NCBI GenBank assembly: GCA_965637545.1 | Contig: OZ281497.1 | Span: 16,988,001-17,052,000, forward strand | Length of the DNA stretch: 64,000 bases | Direction of reading: 5' to 3' | From: Phallusia mammillata | Taxonomy: Eukaryota | In this document: positions 25,394 to 39,700 of the stretch, piece after piece | Position numbering within the stretch: position 1 is the first letter of the stretch | How the letters are laid out: every line of letters begins with the position of its first letter | Program-made: the position numbers and the translations under genes | The notes under the pieces: generated by a model | Databases searched by the model: none | What the model was told of the DNA's origin: nothing | The model's input: only the letters and a program-made list of their open reading frames with translations

Positions 25394-25573
25394 CAGTGGT
25401 GGGATTCAATTTTTTTGTCAGCCGGTTCTATCACCAAAGTCATATTTTTTATCCAGTTCTGTTGCAAAAAGTCCATTGACAGTAAACAGTAATGCTAACC
25501 GGTTCGCTGATCTCATAAAATTTCGTGAGACGGTTTTATAGAACCGGTGCGAACCGGCTGAATCCCACCACTG
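25394..25573. mobile_element. hAT-type MITE, family CAGTGGTGGG, copy 2 (same orientation as copy 1)
   Basis: TIRs cagtggtgggattca / tgaatcccaccactg. Perfect 8-bp TSD tatgtagg. Confidence 0.93.
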
Positions 25574-27065
25574 TATGTAGGCTATGCAACATCAAGAAAC
25601 GCTGTATTAAATGTATAAACTTTTATGCCTAAAAAACAGTATGCCTGAGCAGTTACACAATCCACTGTATACCACTGTATTTACCACTGTATATATACTT
25701 TTCTTGAAAATAAAATCGATTTTTTTATTGCAACGTAAAGCGCCCCGTTAACTGTTTCTTGAATCAAATTTTCTTTATGCGTGTACGCTAGTACAGATTA
25801 TGCCTTATATAGCACGATTATGAAATTTCAACTACAAATCACAATAAATATCAACAAACGCCTCTTTTTCTTCCTTACAACGCTGTTTAACCGCAACCTT
25901 TTATTGAAAAGCAAATAAAAAGTCGAACCTATGAATGTTATGAACCTAAAAAAAGTTCAATCCGGACTGCCACAGCGCGCTGCGTTTTTTCTTTATTTAA
26001 TGTAGATTCGGTAGTCGCCTAGTCGGTACATAAGGTAAGTTTGTGAATACCAGGAAAAGCAATAAATAATACGACTGATTGTAGATTACATGCGTTAAAA
26101 ACGTACATTTAGGATGCAATATTTTTTTAAATCGTTAGTAGCAATTTTTGCAACTGAAATTGACAACAGATACAACGTTTAAGTTTCGTTCATTGTTATT
26201 GTGACATTACTAGCACTTAACAGATGCGATAATATTGAAATCTCATAGTGCGCAATACGACCAAAGAAAAAGTCATACACAACATATGGCTAGACACGCG
26301 GTGTAGTTTCAGCGTTTCGTCTTGAAAATTTGTCTTGTGTACAATTTTTGATCTAGCTTTTTTTGTTAACTGTAATCACTTTAACTGTAAGCAGTACGTT
26401 AATATTTTGAAAATTTTTGATTCTATCCGTTACATTTATGAAGCTTTGTGTGTGTAACAATGCTCTTCTATCCGTTACATACATGTCTAGCTTTGTCAGT
26501 CCGACAACTTATATTCGGACTTTTTATGAAAACAGAAAGCCCACAAAAGCGTGTTAAAACTTTTACTGCAGGTAAAACGCGCATCACCAACAACATAAAC
26601 ATGTGACGAAGGCAGAGAAATGTGAAAAACTGTATGTACAAAAAGAAAACACCTAACCAAAGGTAAAATAGAGGTCATGACACAAGCTTTAATGCAACAG
26701 CTTATAGGCTACAAATTCCCGGGAAAACAAACTGGTTTCTGTTGTTCAGATTGTAGACATTGGCATAAAATTACTTGTGCTGTGGCATTTGTGTCGTTAC
26801 ACTGTATGATAATTGTTGACGAAACTTAGTTTTGCTGCAAAAATATTATAAAAAGATTACCACAGCAAACTAACGTTTTAAAATATAGCAAAGTACACAG
26901 CATCGCCTTTAAAAGGACACCGACGTGCACAATCGTTTACTGTTCCGTATGCGGTAAGGAAGCATGGTTGAGCAGTCACCAGCGAAAAAATACCAGCATT
27001 TTTACACAACACCGTCACGGAACAATATCGTCTTAAACTCCTCTTTCTTAAATGGTGCCAATCTC

Positions 27066-30000
27066 TTATGACGCCATTATGTAGTACTGGCATATGTAAC
27101 CGGTTCGATCTGAACACAACTTTTCCTCCCAGCGCCATTGTGATGTAGCTCTGTCGTAGGCCAGTTGAGCACAGTCCTTGGATTGAGCGCCACTGACGTC
27201 GTCGGCGCTGGTTACTGGGCGCCACATTTGCCAAACGTTTCGTTGCACCCTGGTACCGTCGTTGTATTCGAACTGCCCTGCCCGAACAGCAGATGGCGCT
27301 AGAGAGGCCAAAGTAGACGAAGGATAATTAGAAAAACTTGCTGGGGCGGTGGACTGACGCTCAATTCCTATCCAGTATGTTCTCAAACGATCCGCCAATT
27401 TGCTTGAAATAAAATCCTGAAATTTGTATAAACAGCAATGTGACTTTACAATTGTTTTTCAATGCCCCATAGTAACACATTTTCTTCACAGCTTTACGAG
27501 AAATAACGATTGCGTTTTCCGCCTTTTTAAATTTAATTCAAATGAGGCATCCAAAACAATAGGCTGCAAAACAATGCGACTCTTGCCATATAAAAGGAAA
27601 ACTTGTTGAAGGCTATGCAAAACCATGAAATTTGAACATTTTTAACGTTTTTACCTGGGTAAGACGGTCTTTGATGATAGCAAGACTTGCTTGATTTCCA
27701 AAATCTTGTTCACACCAATTCTTTGCAGCTTCTTGATTTAATCTGGCGTCAGCAATTGCGTAGCAATGTACACCGAACCGGTAATGGCCACTTTTGCACG
27801 GTTCGGGATATTTTGCTTGACCGGAATCAGCTGCGCATTTAAATAGTGTGTTAGTTTAGGAGACTGTAAGGCTGTTGCTTATAAAGATGTGTTCTACTAG
27901 AATTTTAAAATTTGCTAATAAGACTTACCGTCTTGGTCTCCGTTAATGTGTCTTGTAAGTTTTGCATCAAGATCTGTAGCACAAAATCAACGCATGTTAT
28001 ATTTTTATAATATGTATTTCTAACATGTGGCCGTGAATAATGTGGCAAAAATCATCTTTACATATAGAGTCTTCAACAAAAGTGCTTTATTTAGTAGCTA
28101 GATTGGCTCCATGTTTGTTGTTTGTTAATTACAGTTGTGAGACATTGGAATTGATTTTTATGTCAAAATATATAGACTTCTAAATTTAAGTTATGCCTCA
28201 TTGATTCAATGTAGAAGAGAATTTAATTGAGAAAAATGTTTATCAAACAATCTTAAATGTTTATGACGTCATCATCTAGATTATTACGCTTTGTGTCAAC
28301 AAGCATTGTTTGCGCTCAATGAGCGGATGAAAGTCAGCAGGGCCTATATGAAAATATAGTATTCTCTAGTTCGAAGTGAAATCAACGCTACAGTAGCAGT
28401 CTAGTTGAATAAGGAACTGAGGATGCCATAAACATTTGGTAAAATATATATTCTGTGAAAATACTGTAGTCAACGGTTGATTCTGTTTGCCCTAGGTTTA
28501 TTCACTTGGTTTTGGATTATACAGGACCTATATGTTTACTTATTCTGCAATAAACCTTTCATAGAATACATGTGCAGAGCTGTGGTGCACCTCTAGGCTA
28601 AGGATGATTTAATTTAAGTACATAAACTTGGACAATTTCAGTAAGAATAATATATGCTGCGTTGCAATATGAACTAGCACGTCAAAACCGGATGCAAACT
28701 CACTTCGAGCGAATGATTCGAGCTGGGGAATCTTGCGCAGAGAGGCGAGCTCTGATGGTGAGAGAGACATGCGGGATGATCCACCACTTGATGCTTCGAT
28801 GCGTTGTTGAATGCTTGTGATACTACAAAGATAAAGAGTAAAATTGTGGCATTAAGTTTAACGTTAACGTAAGAGTAAGATTGTGGTACTATAAGTTAAA
28901 CCTACAAGTACTAAGTTTAACGTTGTGGCCTACAAAGTAAATTTCAGTATTATCGTTAGCAATGTGGCCACACATAATGTTGTTCACATAGGTGTGTGTT
29001 TTTCACAGACACAGGAAAATGGTTATTTAGTGAACGGTTTGGTTTGGTATTTGATGGCTGAGCGGCTAACGCAGCGGTTGTGGGTTCTAATTCGTTCTCG
29101 ATCATTTGTGTTTTCCTAAGCGAGAAGCTTTATACGCATTCAAGCGTTGCCAACCACCGAAGAATAATTAAACATACAAACAATCGCTTGTATTGCAAAA
29201 ATCTTAGCCTGTGTCACAATATTTTAATATACTTGTTAGGAAAAGATTGCTGTGTCATGTTGGTGCATTGTGGCACAATATCTGTACAGCAAGGCCGTGT
29301 TTTGTATTCCGTTGGGCAAAGTACATTCCCCATAAACTTTGCACAAACAGCGAAAAAAAATCGACAAATCGATTTTATGCCTGTCGCTGTAGATAAGCAA
29401 GGGAGTAATTTACGTCGCCTCTGTCGGTTGTCAATCTTGTATCGATCGCACATCGCATAGTAATCAACTTACACAATTCCCGAATCGACCTGCACTTGAT
29501 GTTTATCTGGGATCGTGCCAAATAGCGCAGTAATAGTACTCTAGCGACACCATGTGATCAAACAGAAATGTGTTTTTTAATTAAACTAAAGCTTTTGTAT
29601 TTTAACAGGGTATTGTTCCGAAACTGGTAAGAACAGCAAATATAGTTTGCAATTTTAACAAAGCTTTATTTACTTCGTATTTGTTGTAATTGTTTCGTTA
29701 ATAGTTAAGCATTTAGTCTTCTGCGTTTGTAATATGCATTTCCATTTTGCATCAAGTAAAAACGTGTAAAAATTTGGCCATCTTGTATAATTTGTCGGGT
29801 GGTTCTAAATTATAATTCGCGGGTAACCAATAATTAGTTTCGTGTGGTGAATTAATTATGCATGGTATTGTATAAACCTTCCATCTCAGCGCATCGATCG
29901 CACCTGAATTACGAGATTCTAACGTTTCGATAAACAAAGAAAAACGGATTACTCGAGTGTCACGTGATAATGTATGCGCAATCCCAAGAGTGTTTCAGAA

Positions 30001-33000
30001 TCTTATATACCTTAAACTGTAATTTAAGTTAGCAAACTCAATGCAGTTTTTTTGTGTGTGTGTCAAACAAAGTCGGTCGCATTGGAAGCCTGCAGACACT
30101 TCTATTTTCCAAGCATTCAAAGTTTTGTTAAAAACCTCATAGCTTATAAATTTATGTGATGATTTTCCTGACAACCTGAACATAATTGTGAACTGAACCA
30201 CAGTCAAAATAGGCAAAATAATTTACAGTTCTCACCTGGAAACACGGGACTTCAGATCCAGGACTGTGGCTGTCAGATCACCAACACGCTCAACGAGACC
30301 TTTGATCCCTTCGTTTTGCTTCGTAGACTGTTGTTTTGATCCTTGGTCAGCCATCGCCACTTCTCTTCGACTTCCATCGCGAAATGGTTGGGTCTTTTCT
30401 CCATTGACTGGTGGCGCTTCACATATTTGTGTGCACTGGGGAACCATCACTGCCGAAAAGATAGTTGTATTGATGCAATGATTTGCAAATATGTGCAATT
30501 GTCAAATTGCCCAACGTAATATTAAATGCGCGAAAATGTTCAGCGGTTACACAATCGACCTGAAGCCTTGTTTTGTCTAACTGTGAAACAGGCTGATAAC
30601 ATGTACCCGTAGATTCGGGGGCCGGAATATTACGGTCAGCATGGGGCTGAAGACTGCGATCTCTTTTTTTATCTGATGTACGAATAAGCGAGTTTATACG
30701 AATTTTCGACAGGAGATTTAGTCATTTTTGCAACAGAAATTTTTTTGGGGGGAAAGTATGTCGCTCTTTGCGGCCACTGGTCCATTATATTCAACAAGCA
30801 AGCGAAATTCGTTGTCAACATTTTCGTACTTTTTGCTAAATTTTTTTTTTTTTAATGTTTATACAATATGTACGATAAACAGTTTATTTGACCAAATGAA
30901 AATCTCTACACCTACGAAAGAACATCGCCGCCCGCAGTAAATTCAGATGTCAAAATACTGTATCGATTTCTGACAGCAACGTGTTCGGGAGGAACGGGCA
31001 AGGCACAGATGTTTCCTCCCCAAGTCGACCAGCGGCGCCAGACGGCGTTCGCGACATAAAGTGAATAAAACAATGCACTTTGCTGTCTTCCAAAGTACAG
31101 TCACAACTCTCAATTATTTATGCCCACCGCATTAATATTTGAAGAGACGTCCTATAGATGCGAGTTTTACGGGTCTTGCAAGTAGACTTTTGATGAAGTA
31201 GCAAAACTACTATTACTGTTGTGAATTTACTTTGGCGTCAAAACAAACAATTTGAGCTTCTAATCATTTAAAATATTATATAATTTGCGTAAAACACCTA
31301 GCTGGGCGCGTTTCCTTCATCTGGGATTGCTGTTCATTGTTCAATTATTTTGTATATTCTTGCCATTGACAGAAGATAATCGATTAATTGTCGATAATAA
31401 TGCATGTTGGTTAGTGGTGAGAAAACATAGCGATGACAAATTGAGAAGTCATGGCGATAAAGCTTTCAAACCGATTGGAATAAAACAACAATGTAATGCC
31501 CGCCTTCATCTGGTTATTTAGCAAATTGTATGTTGCGCTCAACTTGGCAATATTTAAACTTAAGTCACAATATATAGTTTACTATCACCAAATCGTGTTT
31601 TTTAGGCTAAGATTGCATGTTCGTCGAACTTAATTATTTGTTGACTAAATTTATTATGAGGCACGTATAACGCCTGTTGAAAACAAAATACGCCCCAGAC
31701 ATGCCTAAAAAACGTCAAATAATCTTAACCACTACCACACAGGAGTGTAAAGCGTGGGTCGCACAACATGAAATCGGCAATCGATTTTGTTTTGATGTTG
31801 GCTAAAAGCAATGTCGCGGAGGGTGGACCTTGAAATTGCGTTTTCCGAATCCGCTGAGGTCAAGCCCGATCAATGAGTTCTTTGTTGACGTAATAGTGCC
31901 CGAGATTTCCTCAACGCAATTAGACGGTGACACGCGTTGTTTGTTTTAGATTTTACGACACATTCGAGACCATTGTTTATTCGTCTTCGCAGTGACGTCG
32001 TTATCACCTTACACAAGTGCCCAAGTTTTTCCAAAAGGTTCTTACCTCACTGTATAAACTAAAGCTATTATGACATCATTAGGTATCATTTGTAAATTCG
32101 TGCACATGGGCACCGGCAAAATTTTTTCTAGGGGGGTCAAATTTTGACAAATACACACTTGCAGGGATAGATTACTATATCAAGTAATTATGTACACATG
32201 GCATAAAATATATGCAGTAGATTTGCGTCAACGATGAAAAATCCCCGCACAGCCACGCAACTATGACCCGTGCATTTTGTCCGTTAAAACGAAAGAGGCT
32301 ATTGAAAAAGCATAAAAACGAAAGAGGCTATTGAAACAACACCAGATACGTAAACAATGCACATATCGTTAAAGTCACTTGTTTAGACATTTGCTTTGAC
32401 TATTCTAACTTCCTTTCTTAGAGCGTTATCGTTTTTCAGTCATCACGTTTTTCGAGAAAATATTGTAATTTGCGGTACTTTGAAATTCCAAGGAGGGGGT
32501 GTCCCCTCTTGCCCCTACGTGCCGGCGCCCATGTTCGTGCAATAACATTGTTGTTAATAAACCAATTGGGAATGTTTACAGACGACCGCGCGGTCGTACA
32601 AGATTCTTTTTTATATAACTTGCTATCTGCAAGAGGTTTTAATTATTATTCTATACGCATCAGCATTATTATGAAGTCTATATGTGTTTTTTTAACTTAG
32701 ACCCGAACCTAAACAAAATGACAGATTTGATTCAACAGAAATCTTATATCTGTCACCTTTAGGTATAGAATTTAAAATCCCCAGCAATTTTGATCGCGAC
32801 CCAAAACTGTTAAGCTATATCCAATTTGGCATCTAAACATTTGGCAAGAATATTGAATTGAATTATAATGGATTAAAAAATGGCGGGCGCCATAGGCTTA
32901 CTTAAAAAGATGACAGCTCCCATAAGTGCCAAAACGCAGACCAGTAGACAACTGATGCAGACTTTTATCCACATCGGGGTGGGTTGAGGAGGAACACGAT

Positions 33001-33034
33001 ACGGATTTGACGCTGTGTCTCGGTTCTTCAACAT
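27066..33034 (-). CDS. Type II transmembrane C-type lectin domain receptor, 6 exons, 345 aa
   Basis: Exons 33034-32902 (short tail plus TM MWIKVCISCLLVCVLALMGAVIFL), 30449-30236, 28822-28704, 27973-27929, 27830-27655 (PCKSGHYRFGVHCY...AAKNWC) and 27416-27066 (YWIGI...DCAQL...W.WEEKLC...YICQ). Phases 1,2,1,1,0 join without a stop; total 1038 nt. Confidence 0.88.
29055..29150 (+). mobile_element. Degenerate tRNA-derived SINE head
   Basis: A-box-like tggctgagcgg (29055-29065) and B-box-like ggttctaattc (29083-29093). The spacing is too short for a tRNA and no cloverleaf can be formed. Confidence 0.3.
32105..32533. mobile_element. hAT-type MITE (429 bp) in intron 1 of the C-type lectin gene
   Basis: 14-bp TIRs catgggcaccggca / tgccggcgcccatg (one mismatch). 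Perfect 8-bp TSD ttcgtgca. Internal 22-bp duplication at 32286 and 32315. Confidence 0.9.
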
Positions 33035-35392
33035 GTTTCAAATAAACAGTAGTCGACAGTAACAACCTAAATATTCGTACTTAACCTGAAGAATAAATGT
33101 AACTTATAGTGCAAAAACGAACACTGAAAGCGTAACTCTTTTCACTGAAAAAGCCTAACTTGACCCGCCGGGAATATGCTTGGAAGCATATTATTCTCCA
33201 TTGGGAACATAACGTGCAGCATAATCTGCCGTTAACCTTATTTTCCATCTGGTTATGAAATTTGTAACGCAATTCTTGCGTCATGACCTTGCATAGACCT
33301 CAAATTAATTACTAAAAATATCGATCTTTAGCGAAGACTTCCTTGCTCATCTGACACCTGCAAGCATCGTTGATCACCCTTTTGCAACACCTAGGTGGCC
33401 CGTAAGTAGCAATTGACCAATACCAACTGTCACTGCGGGAGAATCCCAAGCCACACAAGCTCGTCAAGTCATAAACTGCGAAGCATGCTACGCTACAAAC
33501 CTAAGTCTATGTCATTAAATATTCAAGAGGGCAACTGCTGCTTCTGCTGTCTCCTTTAAAGAAGAACCGCATAATCCAAACGTATCCGATCGTACATACA
33601 TCATGTAGGACGGTGCATCGTCGAAAATCGTTTAAGTTCGGTTTTGCTCAAAACCTATATAGGGCTATTTGCACCTGCACCCTTTCAGCACCCGTTTTAA
33701 GTTTTAAAGCGTCATAAAAATTAACAAAAGTACACTTTCACAAAAATATTATCAAATCGTTAATCAACGGTTAAAACATTACAGAATATTAATTGCCAGA
33801 GTATTTTTAATACATACAGTACTTATTAAATCCATAACCTTCAAATTGCAAACGTGTCCAGAATTTATTTAACACCTTAAATTTAAATCCATCTCTGTTT
33901 TACGCTTAAAACGCACAATACTCATCACATACACGACGTCCAAATTGAAAGCGTGGCCCTTAAAAGTGTATCACTACCTCTTAAACTACGTGATTCTATC
34001 CCCTTGCACAGCTGAACTAGAACATTCCACAAATAATAACGGCCGTAGAGGAAACACTAATATCGGTGAATATCGTCTAATGGACGTCCTTTCGATGCGA
34101 CATATTGGCGGAAACACATGACCAGCAGCTCCGATTGGCACTAAGGATTATCTCATATCGCTGCAGAAATTAGGGCAACGTTTATTTTAAATCTCCATTT
34201 CGTTTTCGATTTAAAGTGCTTTTTATGATGACGCTGGTTTAACACAGAACATAGGTAAATTCAAAAGAGTTAAATAACACTTACAAAGGCCTCCTCTTCT
34301 CACAACGGTTCGCGGCAATGCTTGATTAGGTAAATGTACTTTTAAACAACAAACAATATCTTTAAACTAGCCTACACTAAATATCTGACCTGCGCTTAAA
34401 AGCATTACTGTAGCCTACTATCAAATCCTGAAAAGATAAATTCCTTTTCGAAAGTTTAAATTTTATACACATTTTCCCTTTAGTCAAGTTTCTCAGACAT
34501 AACGCTTTTTCCTAGCAGTGTAACTGCAGCCACATTATCGCTACCCACAAACTTGGTTGTCGCTTGTGTGCTTTACTGTTCTGCAGCCTATTACCGACTT
34601 TATAATCGTTTTAGAAAAAATGGTGTCGCAACAAATCTGTTTTCAAGAAAAATGTACTTAACTCAACCAAACAGGTCCTAAATAGTCGTTCACATAGCCT
34701 ATATTAGACCTAACAAATCATCCATGGTTTTCACTCTTTAAGCAAGCTAAACAAGCCGTTGCCAACATGCATTTTAATACGACCGCTTCTGGGCTAGAAG
34801 TGTGCCAACTGCTGCATTATGCCTTTGTATTGATCGACCGACGTACCTATACGCCCCGCATTGATTTGGCTGGGTGCAAGAAAGAAGATTGATTTACTTC
34901 GAACAGGCAAGACGCGCAACGTCGCTACACTTTTCGGTGATCAAACCGATCGTGTAAGTACAAAATTGTCCATAGCTGTCGTCGGAAAAAGATTGATAGC
35001 GTCGAAGAAAATCAATTGTTTGTGCCGACTCATTTTTAATTGCATCAAATCTGTTTTCTTTTTTCAAACAACATTGCGCTTTCTGTTCGAACAAACAAAG
35101 ACAATAGAAATTAAAAATATATATATTTCACATTAATTTGATTAAAAGGAAAGTTTATGCTTGTGGTTTGGCTTTCTACTTTGTTGATCGTTTTGCATCC
35201 TTTTGTTTTAAATGGCAAGTGGCAAGAAACCCGATTTGTGTGCAGTAGGCCTAACCTAACCGAGTGTAGGCTAGCCTACTGGATTTTAAACATTGATTAA
35301 ATATCATTACGTTTGCGCACAAAAAGACATGTTTGAAAAAGGGAAAGATAACAAACATTACAACTACAACATTTAAATTTTTGTGTTGAATA

Positions 35393-35571
35393 CAGTGGTG
35401 GGATTCAGCCGGTTCGCACCAGTTCTGTAGAAACGTCTCACGAAATGTTATGAGATCAGCGAACCGGTTAGCATTACTGGTTACTGTCAATGGAATTTTT
35501 GTAGCAGAACCGGCTGAAAAATATGACTTTGGTGATAGAACCGGCTGACAAAAATTTGAATCGTACCACTT
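35393..35571. mobile_element. hAT-type MITE, family CAGTGGTGGG, copy 3 (inverted relative to copies 1-2)
   Basis: Reverse complement of copies 1 and 2. TSD gttgaata / attgaata (7/8). Right TIR slightly decayed. Confidence 0.88.
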
Positions 35572-36755
35572 ATTGAATACTATAAATATAAACTGCTCGT
35601 AGGCTTTTGCCGATTATTTAGAAATATTTTCCAAAAATGTAAATTGAATTATTCTTCCACTTGTTTTAGGTGTTAATATTTTTCAGCAAAAAACATGTTT
35701 ATCAAAGTGGCAATGTATGTTGACACAAATGTATGCCAGCAAGCAACCCAGCAAAATAAAACTTTTGCAAACGAAAAATATTATTGTTGAATCGTCACAG
35801 TTGGGTGCTTGATCAGTTTCCCTGGAAATTCAAGACGCAGCTTTGTGCAGCAGAATGTGCTCGAATATTAAATTGTGAAACACAAGGCAGTATGTAGCTT
35901 GTGTGGAATAAGTTGTCAATTTTGCCTACAAAACGTACAAACCTGTGTGTAGTACGTAAATTACCACTGTATTTTGCAGAAAGTTGTTGCCAATTTTATG
36001 CTATCTTGTTCGATTTTTCCCAAACAATTCAAGTCTCCTGTTTGTATCTAAATTGGATTTGAGTTAAGTTGAGTTTATTTCGCCGGGAAAAATCGTAGCA
36101 GCACAATTGCGCTAAAATATTCACCAGGCCGGGAATAGCTGCGCAACGTTCGGACGTTAAAAAGCGCGACAAATATGAGGGTACAATTGGTGGAGGGATG
36201 GAAGACGCGCTGCAACTACACCATCATTATAAGCGTTATTTGACGGGGACTCACATCGGAGGGTGAGGTTGGCGCATTTTGGACATCGAGACTGGGGGGG
36301 CAACGTTGGTGGAACTAGTCAAGTTGGGACCTAAAAGCTAACCACCCGTGTTAGGGAAAGAGGGTGGGGTTCAACAGGAAAAGAAACCACCCAAAGAAAC
36401 CCTGTTGGATAGTTTCAGGCGCCGGAAGAAAGGGTGCAGCACGAAACTCAGTGACAAAACTAATAGTTACTTCTAAAAGCCTTTCTCTAATTTAATCCAG
36501 TTTATTGCTCTCTGTAGAAACTGAAGATACTTTTTAGCGAAATTAATTTGTTCTTCATAACATTGTCAACTGATTTTAACCTGGAAATAAATATTTCTCA
36601 ACTTGTGATATATCTAAATAGCGTTCATAATGTTTTTAGTCATGCATTTCAAAATCAAAACTATAGTACACCAACGACAATATTTTTGATTATCTAAACT
36701 AATGCACAGAATATATATTTCACCCTACTGCATTATTACTTTAGATATTAAGACA

Positions 36756-39700
36756 ATGTCTGCCCCAGTGGTGCTGCAACTGCCTACAGTGAGCTTTTCC
36801 AAACACAAGAAAAAGCACAGTGCTTGTACAACATCATCAGTTGGCACTAAGCAGACAGAAAACACGGATGTAAATCCTCAATCAGATGATTCTTCAGTTA
36901 CTATTATTCCTGTTGTGATAGATTTTGAAAGGTTGTTAAAAAAAGAAAACAAAGTTCAAGAACAAGTAAGATTTTTTATTCAATATAATGTAAATACGAA
37001 ATCATGCAGTTCTCAGTTACTGTTGCAAATTGTGTGACATTGCTATAATGAACCTAATCAAACAAGGTGTCAAGGCCCTTTTGTGTGTTTTCAAATATAT
37101 TATGTATGTATACATATTTATTTATATGTATCATATACGAACAAAACTACCATTTTTGTTTGTCACACACTGTTTTTGTTTTTGGTTTGTTCAACATTTT
37201 GATTCAAATATTTGGTTGACATAATTATCTTACATATGGTTATTTTTAGGTGGTTGAAGGGGTAGAAAACAAGGACTTATTGTATGGTGTTGCCAACCTT
37301 TATGGAATTTCACTTCCTGAACTGACAGATGACATTATATATCCTACTTTGTGTGAAAAGTGGTCAAAAACTTTGTTGCTGATAAGACAAGAAGATGAAG
37401 TAATTAAAGATTTAAGCCAACAAACAAGAAAAATAAAGGATCTTGGAAAGTTGGAAACTGACATTAAAGACAGGGGTAAGTTAGACTGATGTATAACGTT
37501 ACAAACAGGTTTTGTTATTTGTGGTTGACTTCAAGCAGTTTGACTTTACCAGTAAATAGATATATACTTTGATTTGACTATTAATAAGTCATTTTAACAG
37601 TTTTTAATTAATTTTCTGTGAAAAATATATTTTTGTTATTTTTACATCCTGCCAAAAGCATTGAAAGTTTGTCATTTTTTACATCCTGCCAAAAGCATTA
37701 AACTATACACTGGTTTTGATATTAACACAAAAATGACCATTGGTAGAAAAAGCTGCAGCTATTTCGGAGCAAGCTGTAAACATCTTCAGTGATGATGAAT
37801 CAGCAGATGAAGACGAAGACGGTAGTGATGACAACTGGATGTTGCAAGTCACAGAATTTCTTCAGCAAGTTAAAGATAGATACAAAAAACGTCAGGAGTA
37901 AGTTAACTATGTTTGTAGTTTGGTGTTTATCAAGATAGTCTACCGAGGTCACAAATTTTTGGCAGATTTTATGAATCTCAAAAATCCAAAATGGCTGTCG
38001 GAGATGATGCCAAAACTTCTGTTTCTAAAGACTTAATTGGTAAGCATAATATTTATTATAGTGTGAGCAAATGTTGTTTTTTAAAGGCAACAAATATTTG
38101 TGCAATAAGTAAATTTTGTGCAAAAATCTTTATTTATGAATTCTGATCGTCCAGGTGTTGAAAATCGCATTGTGGCTAGTGCCACGTTTGAACGTTCCTA
38201 TGAAAAGCCTGGACAGAGGGTTATACAGCTGACATTAATTGCTGTAAGGAAGAAGTACCGATATCTTGGCATTGGTCACTATATGATGAAGCAGATTCAT
38301 GACTCCACTATAACTGGTGGCAGTGATGTAATAGTAGTGAATGCTGATCAAAACGCAGTGGACTTTTTTGAAAAAGAAGGTTAGACAATTGGTCCTTAAA
38401 GTATTTCTACTTGTTGCATTCAAGCGTATATATAATATACAAAATTGTACAAAAACATAAATTTGAAAAATTAAAAATCAACATATAAACAACTAACTTT
38501 GACGAAATTTAAATAAACTTCTAGGTTTTACTGATGATGTACTGCTCAATAGTCCTTATGCACATATTGGGGACATTTGGTTCAACAGCAAGAGGATGTG
38601 CTTTCTTCCCTCATATGTGTCATCAAGTGTTGACAGAAGTGCACTAAACTCGTTGCCTCCAGAGTTTGATCCTAGCTTGACAGAACTAGATTTAAGGGAA
38701 ATGGAATTGGAAACAGCGTTGTGGAGGGAGAAAAGCTTGCAAGTACATCAATAGTTTAAATTAAAGTAAAAAATTTGACAAAAGTTGTATCTGCTTTTTA
38801 TCTGTTTAAATAAGTACTGTACCTCATTATCATTGTGAGATTTGCTTGGTACATTTATACTACATATGTTGCATCCAAAGTAGGAAATTGCCTGTAATGA
38901 ACTTTGTGCTCACAAACTATGATGATGTACTACACATTTTAGTTTTCTATTAGTCTTCCTACAATGACAATTTTTTTATCTGCAATGCAATAAAGTTTTT
39001 TTTATTGGAAAATCAAACCTTCTGTACAGCTAAAAAATGTACAGAAGGCCAGCAATTTGTGTCAAGAACAAACTCATTGAATCCATTCTCCACATTGTTC
39101 CTTAAAAAGATTTGTTGGTAATGTTTTATAATTACAGGCATACCAATCTCAAGTCCTTATTGTGCGTCGAATGCGACAAGAAGTTCTCACTCTCAGAGCA
39201 AAACTGGCACTGCAGGATGAAATGATAGCAAATCTTCAGCGGGAGCTTGAAATAGCAAAAGAATCAAAACTTGCATCTCAAGAGAGTCACCTTAGAAAAC
39301 GTCTAAGCAAACTTCGTGAAGCAATGTTAGACCTAGAAGAAGAGGTCAACTTAGGAAATGAAGGTGTTTATACTATTACTATTTAAATTATGTTGTTGTT
39401 TTTAAATTCAGAATCTCCTAAAACACATGCTGTCATTTCTAAAAAAAATCTGTTCCTTTCATATTTTTTATAGGTTCAACTGAAGCTGTAGGTGCAACTG
39501 AATCACTTTGCTCTTCTTCAGCACAAGATAATTCATCATATAAGTCAGAAACCAGTCAAAGTCAGGTCAAAATTATATCAACTGATTTTCCTTGCACTAG
39601 TGAGACTGATCCAAAACTTTCTGAAGATGATCAAACCAGTGGCAAAGCATCACAAGATTCTGTTCAAGACACTGTAGTTGGCTTGCCAGTCCCAAAATAC

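Noticed and set aside
29055-29110. tRNA gene candidate
   Set aside because: A-B box spacing is too short and there is no cloverleaf; at best a SINE head.
36100-36470. Purine/GC-rich stretch upstream of the GNAT-PARP gene, including an ERGWGSTG string reminiscent of dUTPase motif 5
   Set aside because: All frames have stops and no other dUTPase motifs are present.
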